Shown: positions 13,801 through 26,500 of the stretch, one piece after another
Layout: each line of letters begins with the position of its first letter
Position numbering within the stretch: the first letter of the stretch is position 1
Origin: Lingula anatina
Lineage: Eukaryota; Animalia; Brachiopoda
NCBI GenBank assembly: GCA_051362555.1
Contig: CM120649.1
Coordinates: 16,878,567-16,942,566 of the forward strand
Direction: 5' to 3'
DNA length: 64,000 bases
The notes under the pieces: generated by a model
What the model was told of the DNA's origin: nothing
The model's database searches: none
The model's input: the letters and a program-made list of their open reading frames with translations, nothing else
Position numbers and translations under genes: made by a program

Positions 13801-16800
13801 CAATTTTTAATTTGCACTGGAAGCAAGGACTCGCAGCAGCTGTAAGGAGACCCAACGCATGCGTCTAAGGTAACCATGGCACCCGCTTGTATAGTAGTGT
13901 TGGCTGAACCAAAAGATGCAGACATAGTTTGAAAACATACCATAAAATTTAGAGATCCCTCCCCGCATGCCACAAAAATAGAATAAAAGGCCATTTTCCA
14001 AAAAATTTGAATTATAAAAAAATATGAAAAAATTTTATAATAATAATAATATCACTTCATGTAAAAGAGGTTCTTATAGCTCACTTTCATAGGGAGCATT
14101 CACATCAAGAGGAGCCAGGGTCTAGTAAGGCCACGACCTAAATATGGCGGACCTACTGGATTACAGGATTAAGCGGTTTCCCTTTCATGTACCTTGTAGG
14201 TCCGCTATATTTAGGTTGCCATCTTATTAGACCTCGCCTCTTCTCGATGTGAATGCTCCCAGATTTGTAAAAACTTTTAAATTGCTCTTTTAGAACCGAT
14301 CATAAATTTTGATATTTATTATTTTTTCTTTTTGTTCACTGCGGAAGCCGAAACACGTTTTTTGCTGTTTTGCTCCCCTTACTGAGGATAATATCTGTGG
14401 CCTTTTCTAAGTTTATGATACTCACTTGTATTCACCCAAACAGGTCCAGTGGTCCCACAAGCCGGTGACCCAGGACAGAAGGTAGGTAGATGAAAAATGG
14501 CGGAGTGACCTATCTTATACCAAGTCTTCGACAGTGTAGAGTCACAGTTAGGGTCTGCGGTGAAGTTCGTATTATTTGTGCTCCTCTCAAAACCCACCGT
14601 AAGTTCCGTGTTGATTTGACATGGATCAAAGGCTGAATAACAAAGAAGGCCAGACAAATATGATAAGGTAGTTATAACAGGTGCGACCCACAATGAGCTT
14701 GAGGAGATGAATAGCAACCATTCTAGATATATATCGTTTGTAAAAAAATATATATATATTTTCCATCTACCAACCTTGTTTGCAGGAAGTGGCGTCTTAA
14801 CAAAAAAACATCTGATTTGGCTCACTTTTTTATATTGTGTGTGTTCCATTAAAAGTTATGAAGAATACATGAAGATACCTGTATAATTTAATGCAAAATA
14901 ACTTTCTTTAAAGAAAAAATATAACTTTTGAAACTGTTTTCGTCTTTGTTCGACGAGAATGACAATGTAAAGTGTTCAACATCTTTCATCACATTACTAC
15001 TTAATTATTTTTGCAAATGTTACGAATTTTCAAAAAGCCCATAAAGCCTATATATAGCGCTGTCACCTGTTTTATTACATTGTGATATTCGAACCTTGGA
15101 TTTTTACAGTGGCTTCATTGATCCTTTTTCACTACTATTGTAGCCAATATGGTCAGTAAATTTATGCTGTTCAGGGTACAGGTAGAAGTACGAGATATTG
15201 GGCTTTTTCTGTAACATGCACAAATGATATTTTTATCTACTTACCATGACAGGTGTGACCATCACAACCAAGCATAAAATTAGCCTCGTCGATACATTCA
15301 CAATAGTAGGAGCCGATGGTATTACTGCAAATGTCACTACAACCGCCGTTGTTGACAGCGCATTCATCTATATCTGCAATATACATTGAAATATTGTCAA
15401 TCTAAATAACTCAGTCAAAACCGTATCACAGTTGATTTGTGCACATTCCTGCATTCATTGTTGGTCGTTTTTCTATGAAAATTATTATTGGACTCATTAA
15501 TACCTGTATACAGAAGGGCCATGAATCTAAAATTGCTCAATCTGTGGATTTGACGTGTAATCATTTTAGATTGATGGGTTTGATAATGATAAGAGACCAG
15601 CAACTTTTTATTACATATCTCCTTTAAGAATTGATAAGTGAATTGATTTTTCAAGAAAAAAATATGGTTAAGCCTATTAAGAGCACTCTAGACTGTTATA
15701 ATGCATCATGATACATGTACCCAGATTTTCAGTGTGGCTTGATTGATTCATGTGAGCTGCTCTTCCACAAAAAATAGTCTGACAGCCTACAGTTTGTAAA
15801 AACAATAGTCAGAAAAGTGATGGAGCTGAGGCTAGACGTAATTAGCCCACGTGTTCTTTGATTTACATGTAGCTGACACAATTGTCATTACTTTATCTGC
15901 TTACCTTGACAAGTGTGACCGTCGTCTCCTAGCAAGAAACCAAACTCGTTACATTTGCAGTGGTAGGAGCCGTTGCTGTTAATGCAAATGTCACTACAAC
16001 AGCCGTTACTTAGTGTGCATTCATTTATATCTGCAATATACAGTTTCAAAATGGTTTCAAGCAACCGAATTATCGTAAAAAAGTTCTTGCAAAATGTTAA
16101 CGAGTAAATATGTCCACAAAGTCGGTTATGATCACCTTTAATATGACAGTTTGCGTGTTTCTAAACTGACAATGGGACAGTTTGTGCCTTTTGCCAAATT
16201 GCAGTGGGACTAACGTGGCCAAGTCCACATCTTTGTGTATCTATTGACCCTATTATTCATACATTTCCATTACTTGAATTGATGTCGTTTAGAAAGTTGT
16301 TATTGTGGTAACTGATGTATGTTTTCAGAGGTGCTTTTCACCAAAGTTTGATAAAAAAAACAAAGTAAAGCCATTTAGAAAACTGTCACCTCTTACTGTT
16401 TAATGCCATGGAAAATCGAAAAGGAAGGCAGTCTTACATTTGCAATACATGTATATTCAAGCAAAACCAAAGACATTATATTTGAGAGAATGCCCCACAG
16501 CTTACAAGTTTTGGTGGGTAAAACACGGCTCTAAACCTTATTATTCCAGTAATTTAAACTACGTTGCTATCTTTCCATCGAAAGTGTTGTACAATTGTTC
16601 CTTAATCCTAAGCGAATAATTATAACAAAATAATATTAAACACACCAATATTACTTGAGAAACAACTGAAAGACAGTTACTATTGGAAACTTTCTTCAAT
16701 AATCATCCCACCATTGCTCTGTCCAGTATTTGTAAGTACACTAAAATTAAACTTAACCGGTGGGCGTAGTTTGCCAAGAGGTAAACTATGTTTAGGGTCA

Positions 16801-17471
16801 GAGAGAAAATTACCTTCACAACTCGAGGTATTGAAGTCATATCGGTATCCATCCGGGCATACCGTTCTGTTACAATCAACGCAGGGGGCCACCTCTGATG
16901 CATAATAAAGAAGTCCAGCTTAATGCCTGCATTCATTTGATGTTATGTTGTGTTTATAATATAAAAACATCATCATTCTTCATACACTCATTCGTAAAAA
17001 TGTGCAAATACTTATCATATGTCATATTATCAACTGATCTGAGATATCAAATGAGAGTAGGTATTTTTTCTTTTAATTTCAGCTGTGTGTTTTCAGGCAC
17101 TGTAACAATCATGTAATCATCTCTAACAATGAAAAGTTTCATGGTATTTCGCATTAGAAATGTCTTACCAAAACAATAGGCTTGTGGGCATGCCACCGTC
17201 GGACTTAGATAGTAGATCATAAAATCTGTGCAATTCTTAATTTGCACTGGCAGCAAGGACTCACAGCAGCTGTCAGGCGACCCAACACATGCTTCTAAGG
17301 TAACCATGGCGCCCGCTGGTATAGAGGTGTTGGCTGAAATAAAAGACGTAGACATGTTTTGAAAAGATACTGTCGAGTTTAGAAATCCCACCTCAAAACA
17401 CCATAAAAAATAGAACAAAACGTTATATTAAACAGAAAATTCAAAAGATAAAAAAAAACAAAAAATAATCT

Positions 17472-17511
<40 letters not shown>

Positions 17512-20500
17512 TCACTTCATGTAAAACAGAGCTCCCCTAGATATGAACTTCAGGTTTGTAAAGACCCTTTTAATTGCCTTTTGATTGAATTTTGATGCTG
17601 AATTTTCTATGAAATTTTTCTGACCTGTACATCCGTAGGTAAGGTCTTTATTGCATAAACTGAAACACTTTTTTTTGCTGTATTGCTCTTCTTACTGAAG
17701 ATAGGGTGGCCTTTCCTAAGTTAATGCTACTCACTTGTATTCACCCAAACAGGTCCAGTTGTCCCACAAGCCGGTGACCCAGGACAGCTGGTAGGCAGAT
17801 GAAAAATGGTGGAGTGACCTATCTTATACCAAGTCTTCCACAGTGTAGAGTCACATTTAGGATCTGTTGTGAAGTTTGTATTATTAATGCTCCTCTCAAA
17901 ACCCACCGTGAGTTCCGTGTTGATTTGACAAGGATCATAGGCTGAATAACGAAGAAGGCCAGACAAATAGGATAAGGTGGTTAAAATGTGACACACATTA
18001 GTTTGAGGATATATTTAGCAACCATCCTGGCTGGATACCATATGTTAATAAAATGTTACTTTAATTCCACAGCCCCTGTTTGCAGGGAGTGGCTTCTTGA
18101 TAACAAACTTATCCAATTTGCCTCACTTATTTATATTTTGTGTCTTCCATTTAAAGTTAGTACCAATACACAAAAAATATATTCTAATGCAAAATAACTA
18201 ATTGCTTTAGTTAAATAAATTAACATAAATTTTGAGATGGTTTTTCATTATTGTTCGATGAGAGTGACAACATCTTTTCATCACATTATACTAAATAAAA
18301 ATTACGATTTTTCAAAAAGCCCATAAAGCCGGTTTCAGAGCACTGCCATCTGTTGTATTACATAGTGATATTTATACCCTGGGTTTTAGAGCGGCTTCAT
18401 CAGTCCTTCTTCACTTACTCTATGAAAAATAAAAGCTGATCAGCCAACTATTTATAGACAATATGGTCAGAAAAGCATTGAAGCTCAGGGAAGTCGTACG
18501 AGCTATTCGGCTCTTTTCTATACAATAATGACATTTTTCCACCTACTTACCTTGGCAAGTGTGACCATCGCATCCAAGCATAAAATCAGCCTCGTTACAT
18601 TCACAGTAGAAGGAGCCCATGGTGTTACTGCAAATGTCACTACAACCGCCGTTATTGACAGTGCATTCATCTATATCTGCAATATACATTATGGGAATAT
18701 TGTCAACCTAATTAGCTCCGCCAAGGCCGTGGAATTTTATACCCTCCCATACCCATATTGGTAATTGTTCTGAAAATTAAAGTTATTAATGTACTGACTA
18801 ATATCTGCAAGCAACAGAATCAAGCTGCTGTAATTCTAAAAAATTGTTTAATCTGTGATAATCCTCTAAAATTGATAAGTTTAATGATGATAAGTTTCCA
18901 GCAACTTTTTATCACACTCAAACAAATTTATAAGTGAACTGATTTTTCAAAAAGAAAAATATTGTTAAGTCTATTTAGAGCACCCTAAATTGCTATAATG
19001 CATCACGAAACATGTACCAGATTTTCAAAGTGGCTTGATTGATCCTTGTTAACTGCTGTTGCCAAAAAAGACGCTTACAGTCACACATTTGTAAAACAAT
19101 GGTCAGAAAAGTTATGAAGCTGAGGATAGACGTACGTAGCCTACGTGTTCTTTTACTTAGAATACTCAATTATCATTTCTTTATCTGCTTACCTTGACAA
19201 GTGTGACCGTCATCTCCAAGAAAGAAACCAGCCTCGTTACATTTGCACTGGTAGGAGCCGTTGGTATTAATGCAAATGTCACTACAACCGCCGTTATTGA
19301 CAGCGCATTCATTAATATCTGCAATATGTATTATTAAAATATTGTCAGTCTAACAAGCTCGGACAAGACCGTATCGCAAGGGATTTTTACTTGCACCAAT
19401 ACTCATTGTTGGTCATTGTTCTGAAATTATAATTATTATTGAACTCAATAATATTTGAATGCAGAAGGGTTATGAATGTAAAATTGGTCCATCTGTGGAT
19501 TTGTCATTAATTGCCTTTGATTTATGGGTTTGATAATGATAAGTGTCTAGCAACTTTTCATCACACATCTCCTGAAACAAATTGAACAATGTATTGATTT
19601 TTCAAAAAGAAAAATATGGTTGAGCCTATTTAGAGCACTGAAAAATTATATTGCATTATAATATGTACCTAGATTTTTAGTGGCTTGATTGTATCTTTGT
19701 TAACTTCAACAAAGAACGAGGCTGACAGCTACACGTTAGCAAAAACAATGTTCAGAAAAGTTATGAAACTACATGTAAGGCTAGAGCTACGTGTCCTACG
19801 TGTTCTTTATATATAGCATACGTTAGTGCCATTCCTTCCTCTGCTTACCTTGACAAGTGTGACCATCGCTTTCAAGCAAGAAACCAGCCTCTTTACATTT
19901 GCAGTGGTAGGAGCCGTTGGTGTTAATGCAAATGTCACTACAACAACCGTTCATGACGGCACATTCATTTATATCTACAATATACGGTATAAACATGCTG
20001 TCAATGTTACACAATAACATAAAAAAAACTTTCAAAATTTTAACGAGTGGATATGTCCACAAAGGAGGTGATGATTACCATTAATATTACAGTTTTGCGT
20101 GTTTCTAAGTTGACAATGGGACAGTTTGTGCCTCTGGTCAAATTGCAGTGTGACTAATGCGGTTTAGTCCACATCTTTGTGTATCCATTGACCCTTTTAT
20201 TTATACATGTTCATGCTAAAAATCGACGTTGTTCAGATAGTTGTTATTGTGTAAACTGATGTATGTTTGAAGAGGTGCGTTTCACCAAAATAAAACAGAA
20301 AATAAAGTCTTTTTGAACACTCTCATCCCTCACTGTTTAGTGCTATGGGAATTCGGAAAGGAAGGCAATCTTGCATTCGTAATCAATTCAGGCAAAACTA
20401 AAGATATTATATTTGAAAGATTACCCTACAGCTTAAAAGTTTGGGTGGGTAAAACACGGCTGTAAACCTTATAATTCCAGTGGTTTAAACTACGTTGCTA

Positions 20501-23500
20501 TCTTTCCATCGAAGGTGTGGTACAATTGTTCCTTTATCTTAACTAATATCAAACATCGGTGACCCAGGACAGGTGGTAGGCAGGTGAAAAATGGCGGAGT
20601 GACCTATTTTATACCAGGTCCTCAGCAGTGTAGAGTCACATTTAGGGTCTGCAGTGAAGTTCGCATAATTTGTGCTCCTCTCAAAACCAACCATGAGATC
20701 CGTGTTGATTTGACAAGGATCAAAGGCTGAATAACAAAAAGACCAGACTAATATGATAAGGTGGTTAAAAAGTGTGACCCACACTGAGCTTGAAGAGATG
20801 TTTAGCAACCATGCTAGTTAGATATCATATGTTTAAAAAACAAAATAATTTTTAGTCTATAAGCCCTATTTGCAGGGAGTTGCGTCTTGATAACAAAATT
20901 ATCTGATTTATCTTACTTGTTTTCGTTTTTGTTCGATAAAAGTGACAATATAAAGTGGTTAACATTTTTTATCACATTATACTACTTTAAAAATTTGAGA
21001 AATGTTACAATTTTTCAAAAAGCCCATAAAACCGGTTTCAGAGCACTGCCATCTGTTGTATTACATAGTGATATTTATACCCTGGATCTTAGAGCGGCTT
21101 CATCGGTTATTCTTCGCTACACTTCCAAAAATAAAAGCTGATCAGCCAACCATTTATAGACAATATGGTCAGAAAAGCAATGAAGCTCAGGGAAGTCGTG
21201 CGAGACATTCGGCTCTTTTCTACACAATATTCATATTTTTCCACCTACTTACCTTGACAAGTGTGACCATCGCATCCAAGCATTAAATCAGCCTCGTAAC
21301 ATTCGCAATGGTAGGAGCCGATGGTGTTACTGCATATTTCACTACAACCGCCGTTATTGACAGTGCATTCATCTATATCTGCAATATATATTATAAAAAT
21401 AATACCGCTCAAACTAAACATCAATATTTCCTAGTTTCAGCGAGTTAATGCATCCATAAATTCGGTGATGATAACTTATAATCATACTGTTTTGCATTTT
21501 TCGGAACTTATCATTAGATCTTTTGTCAAATTAAGGGCGATGATAAGTGATAAGTGTCCAGCAACTTTTCATCACATATCCCCTCAAACTAATTGACAAA
21601 TGTATTGATTTTTCAAAGAGAAAGATATAGCAAAGCCTATTTAGAGCACTCTAGGCTGTTATAATCCAACATGATACATGTACCAATATTATTAAAGTGG
21701 CTTGATTGTTCCTTGTTAATTGCTCTTGCCGAAAAAGAGGTTGACAGCCACAAATTCGTAAAGACAATGGTCAGAAAAGTTATGAAGCTAAGGCTAGACG
21801 TATGTTCCCTTAATTAGTATATAAGATTGTCATTTTTTATCTACAAACCTTGACAAGTTTGACCATCGCCCGCCAGCAAGAAACCAGCCTCGGTACATTC
21901 ACAATGGTAGGAGCCGATGGTATTACTGCAAACATCACTACAATTCCCGTTATTGACAGCGCATTCATCTATATCTGCAATATACATTATTGAAATATTG
22001 TCAATCCAACTAGCTAAGTCAAAACTGTATCCAAGTAGATTTTTACACCTTTCTACACACATTGTTGGTCGTTTTTCTGAATATTATTATTGGACTCATT
22101 AATCTTTGGATTTTGCATGTAATCATTTTAGATTGATGGGTTTGATAATGGTAAATGCCCAGCAACTTTTCATCACACATCTCCTTTAACAAACTGACAT
22201 ATGTATTAATTTTTTTAATTAATGATGGTAAAACCTACTAAAAGAACAGTGAACTGTTGTAATGCATCATGACACATGTACCCAGTGGCTTAATCGATTC
22301 TTGTTAACTGCTCTTGCCTAAAAAAAAGAGGCTGACAGCCAATCATTTGTTTAAACCATGCTCAGAAATGAAATGAAGCTGAAGCTACACGTACGTAGCC
22401 TACTTCTTTTATATACCATACACAAGGAGCATTTCTTTATCTGCTTACCTTGACAAGTTTGACCGTCGATTCCAAGCGAGAAACCAGCCTCTTTACATTT
22501 GCAGTGGTAGGAGCCGTTGGTGTTAATGCAAATGTCACTACAACAACCGTTATTTAGTGCGCATTCATTTATATCTGCAATGTATGGTATCACAAGTTGT
22601 CAAGCTAACAAATTATCATACAAATTCTTCCAAATACTAACGAGAAAATATGTCCACAAAGAAGGTGATGATTACCTTTAATATGACAACTTTGCGTGTA
22701 TCTGAGCTGACAATGGAACTGTTTGGATGGCTAAAACGGGGCTCCAAAGTTTATAACCCTAATGGTTTAAACTAGATTGCTATATTTCCATCGAAAGTGC
22801 TGTACAATTGTACCTTTATCTTAAGTGTAAAAATATAATAAAATAATTACAATCATACAAACCCATCTTACTTGAGGGTGAACAGACGGGCAGTAGCTAT
22901 TGGACACTCGAGCTCTTCCATATATAATCATCCCACCATTGCGATGTCCAATTTTTGTAAATACATTAAAATTAAAGTGAAAACTACAATGGCAGACATA
23001 CTATCCCAAGAGGTAAACATTGTTCAGGGTCAGAGAGAATATTACCTTCACAATCTGCCGTTTTGGAGTCATATCGGTATCCATCAGGGCACACCGTTTT
23101 GTTACAATCAACACATGGGGTGACCTCTGAAAGAGAATAAAAAGCCTAGTTTAATGTATGGGTTCGTTTGTTGTTTTGTTGTGTTTATAATATCATAATA
23201 TCATTATTTCACATACACTTATTGGTAAAGAAGGTGGATCTGTTTTTCATGAAACATTATCATCGGATCTTGGGTATCGAGATGAGGGTAGGTATTCTTA
23301 CTTTTAATTTCAGCGGTGTTTTTAACCGCTGTTTCACTGATTGCTAATGATTAGAAATTAAATATAATTCGCTTTAGAAAATGTCTCACCAAAACAATAG
23401 GCTTGCGGACATGCCACCGTCGGACTTAGATAGTAGACCATAAATTCTGTGCAATTTTTAATTTGCACTGGAAGCAAGGACTCACAGCAGCTGTCAGTAG

Positions 23501-26500
23501 ACCCAACACATGCTTCTAAGGTTACCATGGCGTCCGCTGGTACAGATGTGTTGGCTGAAACAAAAGACACAGCCATAGTTTGAAAACATACCATCGAGTA
23601 CAGAAATACCACCCCCACACCACACAAAAAAATGAATAAAAATTTTTATTCAACGGAAAAATCAAAGGATTAAAAAATTAAACAAAAACAATGATCTTAT
23701 TATAATTATAATAATATCACTTCACGTAAAACAGAGCTCTCATAGATATGACTTTCAGATTTGTAAGGACTCTTTTAAACTGCCTTTCAATTTTTACCGA
23801 ATTTTGACACAGAGTTCTCAGTGCATTTTTTCCTGTACCCCCGGAAGGTCTTTATTGTTGAAACTGAAACACGTTTTTTGCTGTTTTACTCTCCTTACTG
23901 AAGATAATTAACTGTGGTCTTTTCTAAGTCAATGATACTCACTTGTATTCACCCAAATAGGTCCAGTGGTCCCACAAGCAGGTGACCCAGGACAGGTGGT
24001 AGGCAGGTGAAAAATGGCGGAGTGTCCTATCTTATACCAGGTCCTCAGCAGTGTAGAGTCACATTTAGGGTCTGCAGTGAATTTCGTATTATTTGTGCTC
24101 CTCTCAAAACCCACCATGAGTTCCGTGTTGATTTGACAAGGGTCAAAGGCTGTATAACAAAGAGGGCCAAATAAAAACACCCATGTTTAAGAACAATGTT
24201 AGTAAAACATCAAGTGTTAAAAAGAAACAAAATTACTCTACGTATCCAACAATGTTTTCAAGAGTCACAACTTCATAACAAACTTGTCAGATGTAGGCCT
24301 ACCTGTCTTATTTCATATTTGTTTATATATAGTGTCTTGTATTAAAAATTAATAGCAATACATGAAGGCATACTTTGATTCAAAATTACTTAACGTACGT
24401 AGTTAAAGAAATAATATAATTTTTGAAATAATCGTATTCGCTCATTACAGGAGAAATGGACCATGACAAGTGCCCATCATTTCAACACATATATCCTCAT
24501 GATTTTTTTTTTCAAAAATAAAACAATAAAGGTTGTTTCAGAGCATGGTCACCTGTTATAATACAACATACGGTATGTGAATGGTTTCAGCGCGGCTTCA
24601 TAGATTCTTATTCAGTACTTTGGAAAAATACGTGCTGATCAGCCTCCCGTTTGTGGACACAATGATCAGCAAAGATATGAAGCTCGGGCTAGACGTCCGT
24701 GATTTTGTGTTATATGGCATGCACGTATGGCATTTTTCTCTTCGCTTACCTTGACAGGTGTGACCATCGCATCCAAGCATAAAATCAGCCTCGTTACATT
24801 CACAGTGGTAGGAGCCGATGGTATTACTGCAAATGTCACTGCAACCGCCGTTAATGACAGCGCATTCATTTATATCTGCAATATACATTATTAAAATAAT
24901 ACCGATCAAACTAAACATCAATATTTCCTAGTTTCTGTGAGTTAATGCATCCATAAATTCGGTGATGATAATTTTTAATTATACTGTTGTGCATTTTTCG
25001 GAACTAATCATTAGATCTTTTGTCAAATTAACGACGGGACTAGTGAGGTCAAGACCGTATCGATGAGGATTTTTCACCCTTCTATTTTTACTGTTGGGCG
25101 TGGTTTAGAAAATTATTATTGTGCTGACTTATCTTAGTATGAAATGGGGACATTAATCAAAGTTTTGATGCCATACAGAGATAATAAAGAATTAAAGCAA
25201 AGTGAACTTATCATAACATGCAATCAAACAAAAACTTATTTGAGATTCCATAGTAGCACCCTGACTGTCACTATTTATTTGACACTATCTTTCATAACCA
25301 AACACATCACAAATAAAGTTACAACTACTCTGGCAGGCGTAGTATGCCAAGATATACATTATGTTCAGGGTAAGAGAGAAAATTACCTTTACAACTTGTC
25401 GCTTTGAAGTCATATTGGTATCCATCTGGGCATACTGTTTTGTTACAATCAACGCAGGGGGCGACCTCTGAGAGAAAAACAAAAATAAAGGTTTAATTTC
25501 TGTGTTCATTTGATGTTGTGTTGTGTTAACAATATCATAATTCATAACATATACTCATCAGTGTGCAAATGCTTTTCATCATCTATGTCCCATCATTGCC
25601 GGGCCGGGGATATTAAGAATTAAATGGTCATTTTTATATCTTAATTCAATCTAACATTTATTTTTGAGATCATTAACATTGTCGCATTCTTCTCTTCTAT
25701 AGAAAAGACAATTTTGCATTACGAAATACATGTATCTTACCAAAACAATAGGATTGTGGACATGCCATCGTCGGACTTAGATAGTAGACTATGAAGTCTG
25801 TGCAATTCTTAATTTGCACTGGCAGCAAGGACTCACAGCAGCTGTCAGGCGACCCAACACATGCTTCTAGGGTTACCATGGCGTCCGCTGGTATAGACGT
25901 GTTGGCTGAAATACATATAGAAGATGCAGACATAGTTTCAAAATAAACAGATGAGTTTAAATATCCATACCCAAACACCACAAAAAATGAATATATAGGT
26001 TTGTCAAACAAAAGAAAAACAATATGTAGAAAAGAATGAAGTTACAGAAAAATTTCATTTAGGTAGTTTTTTCTTATTTCGGTTTTCTTTGTAAGGGGCG
26101 TCACACGCCCCCTAAGGTGAATCAACCCTATTATAATACCCAGTATATTGTGGCCGCACGCATATCTTTTGAGGCTAGATAATACACAAAGATTGTAATT
26201 AAAGAAGATATATTCATAGTATAAGTATAGTCGATGTTTGGACGAAAAAATGATGGTCGAAAATCCAGGACTCATGTTGTTTGCTATTCGGTTCGGTCGG
26301 CGAATCTATTGTTGAAATACTCACTTGTGTTCACCCAAACAGGTCCAGTGGTCCCACAAGCCGGCGACCCAGGACAGGTTGTTGGCATATGAAAAATGGC
26401 GGAGTGGCCTATCTCATACCAGGTCCTAAGCAGGGTAGAGTCACATTTAGGTTCTGCGGTGAAGTTCGTATTATTTGTGCTCCTCTCAAAACCAACCGCG

